The notes below the pieces were generated by a model. It was not told the DNA's origin, did no database searches, and saw nothing but the letters and a program-made list of their open reading frames with translations. This document shows positions 1-13,530 of a stretch of DNA of 64,000 nucleotides, piece after piece. A program made the translations under genes and the position numbers. The stretch spans positions 8,165,122 through 8,229,121 of the forward strand of contig NC_134030.1 of the NCBI RefSeq assembly GCF_964204645.1. Direction: 5' to 3'. Every line of letters begins with the position of its first letter. Positions within the stretch are counted from its first letter, which is position 1. This stretch comes from Tubulanus polymorphus (Eukaryota > Animalia > Nemertea).

Positions 1-3000
1 TTGATTCACAAATAATTCAGTCTTTTCAACAGGATTTTGCCATTTTTAAGTATCTCGTACTTAGATGAATACAACGGATTTCCAACCATGTTATTTGCAA
101 GCACGTTTTTGGCTCCCTCGAAGCAGAAATGAATTTGGTCAAGGAAGAGGGATTTGTTCCGACATGAAGAAATAGATACAACATGATGAAATGTATCCGC
201 TCAATATACGTAAACCCCTTTGCCACACAGCGAAGCGGATATGCAATCAAGTACAGTGTATACTTGTATATATATATCGACAGTTTTGTCTATGTATGGT
301 TAATAATGAAATAACCTTACGTGTTGATATTCCTATACTTTCATTTAAATAAATTATCTTCGTCGATGTGAGGACATATTTATTGACCCAATACAATTGC
401 ACTTATTGATATAAGGACGTCTGCTGTCTGACTGTATTTAGTTAGCAACCAGACACCCAATAAAAATCGGTTTGACAAAATGTCAATGATTTATAGACCT
501 GGAAGTCGGCACGAACAATTCATATAGGTTGATTATTCAAAGAGAAAAAAATCCCAGCAAAAGTTCGTCATTTTATAATTCGGAAAAACCGACTTTTGAA
601 CCCATAACAATACTGAAATCGTGTATTTGATCTTAGCCCAATAGAGAATATCTGTTGACTACCTTGAAAACACATATTCTCATGGTATCAGATATATCAT
701 TAAAGGTGAAATATATCGCAAACACACCTACTAAATAGGCCATTTTCTAAAGATAATCGTATGTGGTTGCCAGCATACTGAAAATTATTTGAGGTTTAAA
801 TCAAATGAAATAGCAGTCAACAATTGAAAGTTGTACTTTGTCCCTCATAAAGGAAACATTGACAGTTCAGGTGACTTTGATCAAATAGAAGCTTGAATTC
901 TATCGTGACATTTGATTTATGGTCAAGATTCTTGTGGTTAGATTGACGTGTTTGCGGTTTTGAATCTACAGTCGCTTTATAATTCAAAGCTTTTTTATCA
1001 GATGCAGATATTTTTCAAATGAGAACCATGGATACATGATCAGACATGTGCCAACAATTATTTGGAAACATGAAGACTATTTGTTCCAAAATATTTAAAA
1101 ATTGAGAACAATCATTCTGGCCTCTTCAAAGGCTGAGACAGATTTTGAATTCTGGAAAGGGAAGGAGGATGTGGAAGCCATGTTATCATGTTGTGAGGAA
1201 TATTTTGGCTGACTGGGGTGTCTGAAATTTAGGAAAATTAATACTTTTTGGAAGCATTTTCTCCGTCAAAACAAGAATATTGCCAAAGCAAGTAGATTTT
1301 TCATACCATAATGTGACTGAAGGGCAGTATATAAGGCCCCTTTTTTATAAGAAATGAGCTCCGCGCAGCCCCCTAAATCCACCTGATAGTTTAGCACGCT
1401 ATTGAGCTGCTATTTTTCAAATTTTTAAAATCAGAATTAGTTTCTCGTGAAAGCTGAGAATGCTCATTCGATGCGTTTTTGAGATTAGAGCTTATTTTGA
1501 CGATCAAATTTGATGAACCAAGATTGTCTAAAAGCGTATACTAATGTCAGATAACCAACTATAACTGCTTTTCGAGAAAAAAATAGTCATCGCTAATTTT
1601 AGACAAAACGTATACGTTCATTCATGTCGAAAAACTCAGTTGAATAGGAAGTTATGTTTTTTAACGTAGGCGTATATCATTCATGCAAGCTATACATTTT
1701 TTCCATGCATTTAGCTATTTTATAGAAGGCCGCGTATACAATGATTCTGTTCAAGAAACAAGCATACGACATCGCGACGCCATATTTAGAATAAACATGT
1801 GATGTCTTATGCAGTCACCTTAGAATTTGCCTACGTTGCATATTTATATCCTTTAAGAGCCATGGTAGCCAGGCCAGAAATTTCAAATGTCTCGTTCGAG
1901 GAGGCTTTTTCAGAGCTACTGATATCCTAATTTTCTGCATTTATTAATTGCATTCGTCCTGATAAATTCCGATATATGCGTATACAGAAATTTGAAAGGC
2001 ATTACTGAGTGTTCGATTGCATATTTTATTGTATTTCAACATAGGGCACTGAAAACACGCGTTCTGTGTTCTGCGATGTGTTCCTTAGGAAAGAGTCAGC
2101 TCATAGCTATCGAAAGAATTTGGGATTTTCCAAATATTCAGTTGTGTGAGTTTCACGATTGATACTCAAAAAATCTTTCAAATAATTTTCATCATATCAC
2201 AAATATGGCTTGAACCCCTCTGAATACCATCTCTCAGAATTGAAATGAACATTTGTATTGAAGGCATTGTTGTTAGCAGCATTTTTGAAATCAATGTTAA
2301 CCTATCTGCAATGATATTGATATCAAATATAATTAGAAACAGCGATATGTGGCCTAAATGATTAAATAACCAGTGTAAACCAATCTGTACATGATGGTCG
2401 TTGTTTTGATAAGCAAACAGTTTTTGGGATTCTCCATTTGTTTGAACGCAAGATATGTTTTTCGCCGTACCGGTATAAGTTACCGATGGCTCACAAAAAA
2501 AGTTGCAGCCCAATTACATGTGTACATTTGACAGTCTGTCCGTTTGTGTAGTATTTGAGTAAATTGGGATAATTTATGTGCCATTTAAAGTCGTTAGTTC
2601 CTCCCATCCCGTTTACATTATAATGCTGAATGCCGGCTGATCATGCACCCCGTATAAGGCTATTTTCTGTCACTCATATTTCATACTGCACACACGCGCA
2701 CGTGCAACTGTGAGTATACAAAAACGTTCATCGACTTCAACAGTGAATCTTTAAAAACATCATCAATAGCCACATTGTCTAATGACACAATATAAAATCA
2801 ACGATAGATTATTCATACAATCCACCAAGTTTTAATTCATCAATCCGTCTTTGATCTCAACCGATATTACTAACAAATGCAGCTCCCACAAGCAAGGGCC
2901 ATCTATTTTTTGTTACAAACGTCCCATAAATATATATTTATAATCAATCCAGGGATTTCTAACTGCCTTTAAAAGAAACAGCATAGCTTACCTGTAAAGA

Positions 3001-6000
3001 AGAAAAATATTCCCTGTTCACGGGGATTCAGAAAAAAGCATTTGCTTTACATAATCGGATTAAACGCCTAAAGCCGAAATAGGATACATTTCTTGTCTAT
3101 CATGTTCATGGTATAGATTTCTCCTTTTTTCATGGATTTTCATGAGGATAAAAGCATTTACATCAAATGCAACCAGAGTACCATATTCGCTGTCAGGATT
3201 TTATGATCAGAATTTTTTGGTTCCGGCCATGAAAAATGGGTATTTTCCATCTCATGGCATACTTCGATGGAAATATGATATAAAATTGTGTACATTCTAT
3301 TATTTTTTGTTGTATCTAAAGTTTTCTAAGTTCATCTATGAATTATGGGTTTTTGATAAGCATTGAAATTGTTGTGACCGTTTTTTACATTTTAAATCGA
3401 GTGCTGAGGTACCTTAAGTGAAATACCAAAAGAAGCATGTTCTCATTGAAATATACCCCCAGACATCAGGCATCAAATTACTTGCATACGGATATGCCCC
3501 ATACCATCATTCCATTATAGATACCTAGGTGAAGATCCACTGGGTATTTTGTATTATGGTCGGGAGTTTTTGAGGTCCTTCAAATTTTCATGAAGAAAAA
3601 AATTCAGGAGTGTATTACCATAACCAGTAGGGTTTTATGTGCTCTTCAAATGCCTTAGAACCATCCCACCTTCAAAAAATCTTGGAAGATCTCCAGAGCC
3701 TGCTATGTATATTGTGTTTTCCATCGCTATATAATTTCCATTTTAAGATACTCGATCGTGCCCGACAGATATTGTCCAAATATGGCTCTGAGTCAGCCTC
3801 TTATTCCAGTTTGCCTTTTCAGGTTGAAACTACAGCCCACACTCACACCTGCTTTGGAAGGATGTCTTCAAAGAATATTCTAATTCTTTTGACTAATGAT
3901 AATTAACATTACTGGTGTATATAGGTTATAGGAAATTGGATATAGGAAATCGTAATTTCTTAGTGTTCATTTTCATATGAATGTTCCCATGAAGTTGACA
4001 GAATAATTTTGCACCGTTCGATCCTTTCTCATAGAGATGTTGCACAGTTTTGTTTGTACTGACAGCAAGGTCTACGTGACCCTGTCACTGACTTCTAATT
4101 AACAACTGTCATCATGTCTGTGCAGAAAATGTTAGTATTGAGTTCAGGCACCAACTTCATGGATATTTGAAATTTCCTAATCATACGACATCATTAGGAA
4201 GTAAGTCATTAAGCCACCAGTCATTTGAACAAATATGGATTAAAAAATCAGAGATTTGGACAGTTTAAATTCTCGCAAGTGGATGTTATATATATTATTG
4301 GGAATCTGTAAATATTTATTATGTGCTTTGTTACTACAACAGTTGTTCTTTCATGCATATCATTCCTTAAATGACAGCAATTCGTGCCAAAAAATATTTC
4401 ATAGCACTTCCGTGTATCTTTATGATGGACTTGTTGTGTCTCGAGAAAACTTTAACCCTTTATCTTGAAAATAGTTTTCTATATCAAAGTTTTCATGCCG
4501 TGGTGCTTACCGAACTAAGACATTTTGGATATTTTTGACTGTATGATCATTGCTCTCTTTATTAAGTAGCTGCCGTTGCCTTATTTTTTAGACATTGGAT
4601 CTTCATTTTGTGCCTCGGTGCGTATACATTAAAAATGTCCAGTCAGTTCGAGAAATGAGACCCGGTATCTTGATCGCGAACACACAAACACTGAGGGTTC
4701 ACCTAGTACAAATATTATGAGAATTTTACACTCATTTTAGTGTCTGGCTGCTTTATGAAAATCTTTTCCTCGCGGAATACGTGTTAAGAGTTGAAGACCC
4801 ATTATACTATACATACCCCTGGCCGCCGCCGCCGCCATCATTTTTTGAGAGTGTTAAGGAGCGCTTTAACATTCTCGTAGCAGTGCGAAGGATTTTCTCA
4901 TAACTACTAAAAAACTACCCATGAGTGCATGAAAAAGATGTCACTTTCATCTATAAATTGGATAGGTATCGTTTAACTTTCATTTCATTACAAGCTACAA
5001 ATGTAAACTGAAAAATTGTCCATGAGCTCGGATCGGTGATCTCACCTGGTCCTGTATCATTTCTGGTGCGAATCCAGCGGGGGTGCTTTGGAACAGCAAC
5101 CCTCCTCCCTCGGCAAAATGTCCTTGTTGGCTAAAATTCCTATTCCGGAGTAGTGATGGAGCAGGAGAGGGGACAATTTTGTAAACATATGGTTTGGTCA
5201 AAAGCAATGTCTTAAAATGCTTAGAGTGCATGAAAATGTGACTAATTTTCAGTAGACGGCCCCTTTGAAAATCATGGATCTGTCTCTGCACTTACCATTT
5301 CCATCGAAAATTATGATATGATAGGCTACATGAGTTTGTATTTGGTAATGATCCTGCATGGCTAAGATGATTGTTACACTATATGTAGGTTTTTGTAGAT
5401 CGCAAAGTATGGTTTCATTTGATTCGAGTTATTTGAAAGTCTAGGCATCATTTCATCATTCAAGTACTGTGACAAGGCTAAGATCAAAGGGTTTTACCAT
5501 TGTTGTAAGTCCGGGTTGGAGCATGTGTCTGACATGTTCTGACAGCACATGCGTTTTCATCCTCAAACACTGGATGAACAAAAAATGGCCATTCCATTGA
5601 TGTTCAAAAGCAACTTTGAAAACCGAAGAATCCTGGAGATAGCTTTGGTCGGTATCTTAGCGTGGCATAGCTTCTTCACACATCTTGAAGCGAGTCTCAA
5701 TTTTTAGGGGCATTTCCTGAACAATTTTCTAACCGGCTAGGAAAGAATCTAAAGCGGGAGCTTGGAAACTCTAGTTATAACTGCCGGCAAAATGAAATGC
5801 TCATGTTTATCAGTTTTATCAAAAATGTATATAAACACTAGTCTTAGTGAATTTTAGTGTATACTGAAGTAATAAATAAGGAAGCATCATTTAAGCAGCT
5901 ATACATTTTGATAATTTTGAAAGCATCCACAATGCTTTGCTAAGAACTATAAGTACTATATTCTGAATTTCAGTACAGTGTTGAAATAATGATAGTGAGT

Positions 6001-9000
6001 CATCCCGATCCCACAAAAAAACAGATGTTTGCTAGATTTTCGTAAGATTGTATCGATATTGCATTTTCATCCTATTATCATTTGAGCTCTGATTGAAAAT
6101 GAATTTAGAGAAGCCCCATGTGTGTGGTGCATGTACATATTGACAGACTTGTTAGTTGTAAATCGCACTCATGTGATAAAAAGAGCCCACAGTGACTTAA
6201 TTAAACTTCTCTCTGAAGAACCCCCTTTAGTAAGTGGTAACTTAATGGAAATTTTTCACAGCATTTCATATTCCTAGGGGCTTCAATTCCTCGGGTATCT
6301 CGAGGCTTTATGGGTGCTTCCCCTCATGTTCAAACTGGTCAAACGTGGTCATAGATATAGATATAATTCTGTCCATATTGTGTCATCTGTCTCAGAGAAT
6401 CGATCATGAGCCCTCAGACTGATGACGTGGTACGCTTGTTGTCACGTCACTGCATGTGTGCGTTGTGTCTGGCATGTTGCTTTGATCAATACCGTGCTTT
6501 ATGAAAACATCTTCCGAGACATAAAATTATAATCGATACTAGATTAGACAACATATGACTATTTCAAAAATATCTACCGACGGTATACGCTGCGATTTAT
6601 GACAATATCAGTTGATGTATATACTTGTAGATCCAAACAAGACCGCATCAACTACCTGTAAAGGTATGAATCCAGGCAGCCATTTATCTGATTTTGATAT
6701 GTATATAAGGAATACTGCAGCCATAATAGGAAATAATCACCTGAAGCTATAGCCTGCGTTGGTTCAAAACAAATGTCCAAGGACTAATGAAAGGTGGAAA
6801 ATTATTCACAATCAATCCTTGGCATTGAGAAATTGAAATTTTCAACAAAAATCTTTATAAACAACACCCATCATTATATCGTAGAATGCTTTGTAGTTCG
6901 CATCAGGATAATTATGATTTAGTTTCTATAAACAAATCTCTAAAATCGTTCATAATTCGAAACCATGAGACTTCTTCAATTTATACTTGCAAAATGGAAA
7001 CCTTTACACTTGCAAAATAGAAACCTTTCTGAATGTCAAACATTATATATAGCGCATGAAGTGCAGTGGCATTGAAAAAAAAATACGGAAGATAATTCAT
7101 GATCGTCAATCATATATATATCAGTGTTTTCAATAAGAGCCAGGTCCCAGGTCTCAGACTGGCCCAGAATTTCTTATTGAAAACGCTGTATATTCAGCAG
7201 GTCATTAATAAGAGCCGGTCTATCACTGAAAATGAAATATACGTATAATTAGAAACCAATGATTTACCGTGTAGTAGCCGGGGTACATTTGATAGCGGTC
7301 ATTTCGATAGATTCAAGGAGTCTATAATCATTTTACACTTAGCATCCAGTTATGCCATGTATCTTGTATCTAGTAATGAAATAATCTGCCATATCAGTTT
7401 ATACATTGTGGTTTGTGTGGTTAACCAAATTACCGTTTGACTGTATAGGTGATCATTATGTTGGTTAGATGAAGAAAAAGTTGTTTTTTTTAGTTTGCGA
7501 TTGTGCATTTTGCTGTAGGGTAGGTTTAAACTTCCCTTTATATCTGTAAGATAATAAATACCATTGGTAAGAATATACCATCATATGAAAATGGTGGGTG
7601 ACAATTCACTACTGTTCAAATTTATAGAGCATCAAGGCATCAACCTTTGAAATATTTCCTTACAGATTAGATGGTGTTTTCTAGTTACACAATTTTCTGA
7701 CAAATGTTCGTTGTAATAGAAAACTATATATACAAATACGTGTGACACCATACTTTGTACATGTAGCATGAAAACGATCTAATAAAAAATCTAAGATATT
7801 CTTTTAGAATTAGCATAAGTCGACATCTTTTCGAGTCAAGTTCATATCAAATGGAATTACTCACCGAGGAACATTCTTTTATAGGAAACAGACTCGAATG
7901 ATTGATGAGCAAAAGTTTGTTCAATACCTCAAACTTTCGGTCGATAATTACCGTATATACTTTTCATAACGCCATCATAGAAATAATCAGCCTGGGACTC
8001 GGCCATCTATTTCATTTACTTGTACATGAATTTAGAAATGAATAAAGATCGTGCTTCATTCGAAAATGACTTTTACCATTTCATCTTTGATCACCTGCAA
8101 GTTTAAGCTGTCAGGTATTACATTACAATGATCTCGAAATTCATCGCCATGAAATACGATCTAGAAAAATATTCGCACCGGTACAGGTATCCTATATAGA
8201 TCTTATGCTGTAATTTGGTACGCCAAATTTCACACCAAAACAAACTTTGAAGGACTGAAAAATAGAAGGTTTTTGATTTATAAACTCCTTGTCGAGCTAG
8301 CAGTTTTACAAAGCTGTCATACGACTCATCCCAGTCTGATGTTTAATGTTTCATCATGAAATTTGAGTGATTGAAAATGCCTACACGTAAACATCAATTT
8401 TTTATCGAATGCCAAATGGCTGGCAAATTTTTCTCTCCAGCTCACTATATAGCCTACAAAATGGTTATTCTTTCTGTCTGGCTGAGGAACCCACGTCAAG
8501 CCAGTGTGCGTTATCACCCCATGTCTGGTTTCGAAGGCTGTGATTGGCCCTCGATTCAGCATGCGCTGAATCATCGAATTGTATTTAGTCTGTGCTGGTC
8601 TAGAGCCGGTGGTGTTATTATGATCAATTCGAACTATGTCAGAAACCGGAGCTCCTAACCCCATTTATCACACCGACCCTCATTATAATACAAGATATTC
8701 AAATGAACGAATAATAAGTTTCCTCCCATGGAACAGGGCTGTGCATTGGTGACTGATTATAGTGGAAACAAAATTTCATATACTGTCTGAGCATTTTTGC
8801 TAGGACTTGTGTATTAATTTTTTCCATTTGTGAATGCTTATTTCTGGTTATGACGATGTAAATTTAAGTCTCGATTCTATCCTTTTCAAACCCAGTCAAC
8901 CAGATATCTATTTGAGAACTTTATAAAAATTTCCTTTTAATCAGAATTAACCATTAGAGCAATGCCTTTAAGCAAAAATACATGCATTATTGCTTTTAGC

Positions 9001-10694
9001 ATTATTTGCTTCTTTCTGATGTCAGACTCCCAAAAAACTGGTCTTTCCTGAAATGTTCTTTGATTCTAGATAATTTTGGAATTTTACCCCATCAAATAGT
9101 CCTTGGCTCGGACAAATTTTTTCTAAACACAATATGAAAAAATTATCTTTATAAATCATACTATTGTTTCAAACATTCTAACCCTCCCACTACACCTACA
9201 TGTCTGTTTGATTTTGGAAATGAAACTTTATCATCAAGCGCCTATCATTGTTGACATTTGTTAAAAAGCTATGGTTTTGATTACTCATATCACCTTTTCT
9301 TTATTTTTGAAACTAGACACTATAATATTCTCTATTTCTGAAATTAGAGACCATATTTTTGTAGTCGGCAAATAGAACGAACAAACGCACATTCAAAACG
9401 AATAAACCAACAGAAATGATTAATCCAAGCCATTTTATGTGAATAAGAAGCTTATCGATCACTTGCCAGTTTAACAGTTTATTTATTTATTCGTCTATTC
9501 GTTTAAATCTAAATTTCTTGATATTTTACGGGTTGGTTCAGAGTATGAAGAAGCCATAATACATCGAGCATTGATTCAAACGATATCAATTATAGATGAG
9601 AACGTTGTTTACCTTCCATGAAGTTTTGTCATGAAAAAACTATGAAATGACCAATTTATCTCCATTAGATGAGTTTATCCCCATTACATTGCTGTGTGTA
9701 TTCATAGAAAAAAATACGAAATCTGTCTAAACTATCTTACTATAAACCTATTCCATTCCCTATACGTAAAGCAGGAAAATATTCAAGAAACTATATATCA
9801 TACTATATTTCTCAATTTGTTAAGCTGTTTATATGTTTAGAAATATTTCAAGCAGGAGACAAGAATGCTATTTACTGCTGTTTTGACTATTGAAACGAAA
9901 TATCTCGTTCAAAAGCCTCAATGATAAATAACCAAAAATATATATGATTATAAAATTGCGTTTACCGTGGAAAGCACATTGGAACAATTTTTTGTAACAT
10001 CCCCTTCTTTATCATTATACATTTGATCTTCAACCTTTTTAGAAAATAATTGTATAAATTCGTTATTATACATTTTGAGTCTCAGCTCGATATTTGAAGA
10101 GAATACTCACCCGTAGGGTTTTTGTTCAAAGAATCGAAGTTATCGGAATGTTTTCATTTTGATGATATCAATTATCATCAATCGTTGAGTTTGTGTTCTT
10201 CATTCTAAACAGTCCAAAAAGCAAGTTGAAGATCATTGACATAGACTTTTTGATATTCACAGTGTTCATATGTAAGAAAAACTCCATTGCCAGTAGCGGT
10301 GTGTAATGATATCTGGTTATCTGAAATTTAAAACATCTCACTTATCTTCAGCATGAAAAAAAGGTTGAGATATCAAATCCTATTCCTCCTAGACATTGTT
10401 ATATCTGGGGGGAAATTCTTTAACCAATACTGTCTCATTATGTCGTTCGGAGAAGACAGAATCTCTTGAGTTCGTTTAAATATGAACATGTTCGTCTTGC
10501 CTACCAAAGTTAACAAGTTCGGATACTAACAAAATCTGTGAATAGTAGAATTTCTCTAGAAGACCTTCTAAATCTTAAGAAGCCATCGTGCGGTCTATAG
10601 GTTACTTGTGGATTTTGTGCTTGACATGAAGTGATCGGTCTTAGGAATCCTGATTGTGGAACATCTATATCTCTAAAGCATTGAATTCTGATTC

Positions 10695-10810
10695 AGTACG
10701 CCTGATGATGGCTCATAGTTTTTAGCCGAAACGTCGCTCAAATATATATATATTTCTATTCAAGAACTTTGCAATTTTTGGCTGAATTATTGTGGGATTT
10801 CTCGCGTTTG
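10695..10810 (+). mobile_element. Penelope-like element remnant with degenerate minimal hammerhead ribozyme motif
   Basis: CTGATGA (10702-10708), stem II GGCT...AGCC, then GAAACGTC. This is the layout of minimal type I hammerheads in Penelope-like pseudo-LTRs; stem I has only about 2 bp. Confidence 0.5.
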
Positions 10811-11392
10811 TTGAAAATGTATTTACATTTTGAGTCAGACTCAAATTGTAGTCATTCCGAGAATGGGAAGTCTGTAAGCGGCAACTTTAAATTAGGGAAT
10901 AATACCATAATCATTATACATTTCGTACACATGGAGTTTTGGAGAGGAAATAAAAATCTTCATCAGGCAGGAGTATATGAATGTGTAAAGTATGATTATC
11001 ATATCAGTATCCACAAACAATATTGAACAACAAATTCTAAATGTGAAGACAGGTGAGGCGGATTTAAGACTTTGCTTGAAGGTTGAAGGTTGTTCCACAT
11101 CAATTGAAATATTTATAGATGTATCCGTTCAACTTATAAACTTCATGTATATGTAAACTCTGATAATTCTAATTAGGGCTGAATTATTTAAGAAATCCGA
11201 CGTTTGAAATTTTGAATGTGAAAATATCGATATTCTTATTCTACTAAAACATTTTATCCAACAATGATCAGTATCTTGTATGGTATCTTGTATCGGTATG
11301 ATCAGTATCTTGTTTCTCATATTTTGGCCGCAAAGCTTAAAATGATTTTAGCATTCGAACGCTTGCGATTCATCGAATACATTTTTCTGATG

Positions 11393-11395
<3 letters not shown>

Positions 11396-11474
<79 letters not shown>
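11396..11474. repeat. (AT)n microsatellite
   Basis: Seen directly. Confidence 0.98.
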
Positions 11475-11475
<1 letters not shown>

Positions 11476-13199
11476 GCTGTTGAGCATTTGTACACATTGG
11501 TAGAGATTTATTTGGTTCATTTATTCAGCATTAGACCTTTATTTTACACAAACCTATTTTTTGTTTGTCAGATCAAGTTGAGGACAGAAACGCTTGTGAC
11601 CACAGACAGTTATTCACCAAAGGGGTGAAGAAATAGAAATGCTCGTAACCACAGACTATTTCTCATTATACCGCAATCAATGCGATATCAAAACACTGCT
11701 AAACGCTGGTTTTCCTTATGATAAAAATTGGCATTTAGAGACTGTTCCGATATCAAGAAATATGAAATTCAGCGAAAATTGTCATGAAACCCTTCTTGTC
11801 TATTTGACATTGACATTTCAGAAGTTTGTATTGTGTCCAACATTTCATATTCCATCATATCATATCGGAGAGGTCACCTTTCTGAATCATTCCTAAAAAG
11901 CGTTTATTACTTATTTGCACTGAGTTATTGTGTCCAAGATCACTGGAAAAATTTAAGTAATGCTATAATTCTATGCAAAATATTTCAACAATTCCTTACA
12001 AGCAAACAACAAATGTTCAATTTTTTCATTTCGTCAGGAATTGTGTATTCGGGTTGATACTTTTTCCCAAATGAAGTTATGCATGAATTTCTGACTTGAT
12101 TGTTTAACATCTTTCAAAAACCGGAAGCATCTGTTTCATGTACGTTCTGTAATGAATTTGCTGCTTTGCCATTTTCTCCAGCATATGGTTAAAAAATATT
12201 TAATGATTAAGCAAACTACTCTTTTCCAACTTGATACCACAGGAGCACCGGAATGAGACAAACATTGCATCGGCCACCACTTGAAAAATCAAATGGATTT
12301 TAATGATCACTTCTATTTACTCACTAAAATCCTCTCACTCATCAGTATAGCCATGCTAATACATGATTACAAGATGTAAGTATATCTATCTGTTTAGGGC
12401 ACAAGAAAGTAGAAAATAACTCACACATATATACCTGATTAAGCCTACTGACTGTATAATGATATATGTGTCTCGTAATAAGCCGGTAAGACTGGCAGAA
12501 GGTCGATCAAAAAATTTTGAGGTTTGCCCAAGTTGTTGCCCCAACCTTTATCAAGGAGGCGGTTCAGGGTGGTTCAGGCACCCCTTTACCAGTCGGTTTT
12601 CTGTTCTTAAGCTTGGGGCACAAGCTTATTTTTGCCTGCTCACAAGGATTGAATTCAACAGCAAATTGATATGCCTGATACAAGTGGGCACATGTAGCGG
12701 TCAAATGTTCCAACAGTGTACAAAGCTTAGTGGGAGAGAGTTAACAAATCACATGATATCAATAATGCATCCTATTGGTTGATAAAGATCAGAATTTCGC
12801 CGAGTGCAGGTGAGAAGTAAATTTTTCAAGCGATTTATGAATTTGCGCAATCACGCAAAAAATACGCTCATGTGCCCCTTACATTTACATCCCTCATTCC
12901 TGTTAGAAAGGCAATTGATCTTGGTGCATTTAACAAGTTTCTAATAAATTATTGTAGCCCACTTCGTATGTGTCTGTTAGAATATCAGTTGATTTTGCTA
13001 TCTAATCAGTCCTTAAAACTTGTTGTTCTATTTGTCCTTCAAAATTTCCTTTTTCTCGATGTCAAAGCTTTAGTTCATAAGTATTTTCGTTCTTGTATCG
13101 GCAAATGTTCTTTCATCTCTAAAATCAATTATTTTGAGGCTTGTTTAGAGTAAAGTCTACTTGGCAGCGTAGGGACAGTAATATTCACAGTTGACCAAA

Positions 13200-13530
13200 T
13201 ACTTAGTTCCAAGTCAAGAATCGGTGTTGAATACCATTTTATGATGGAGTGTACTTTTTTGAAAGTCGGTATACCACAACAACTATATCAAGTTTCCATA
13301 ATTTAAGAAAAAATGAATCAGAATACCCAAACACCTAAGCTAGCAGTTTTTACAAAAAAGCCACATAGCCTCATCTAGCCATCGTTGTGCATGAAAGGAG
13401 TAACTTGACTGTAAATGTAACTGGAGTAACTGTAATTGCATAACTGTGATTAACTGTCTATCTTTTTGTATCTGTGCTCGAAAAAATGTATAATTTCTGG
13501 AGCAATAAATTTGAATCTAAAATCTGAAAA
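13200..13530 (+). mobile_element. Degenerate 3' end of a non-LTR retrotransposon (LINE ORF2 C-terminus plus tail)
   Basis: 13220-13261 translates IGVEYHFMMECTFL, like the GDE-x-H-x3-C zinc-knuckle end of invertebrate LINE ORF2s. AATAAA at about 13504 is followed by a short GAATCT-like tandem tail. Confidence 0.45.

Noticed and set aside
33-132. Possible plus-strand terminal coding exon (acceptor TCTTTTCAACAG; ILPFLSISYLDEYNGFPTMLFASTFLAPSKQK*)
   Set aside because: Too short, upstream context lies outside the window, and no recognisable protein.
1095-1222. Possible minus-strand terminal exon (HPSQPKYSS...MIVLNF*)
   Set aside because: Mediocre acceptor and no homology.
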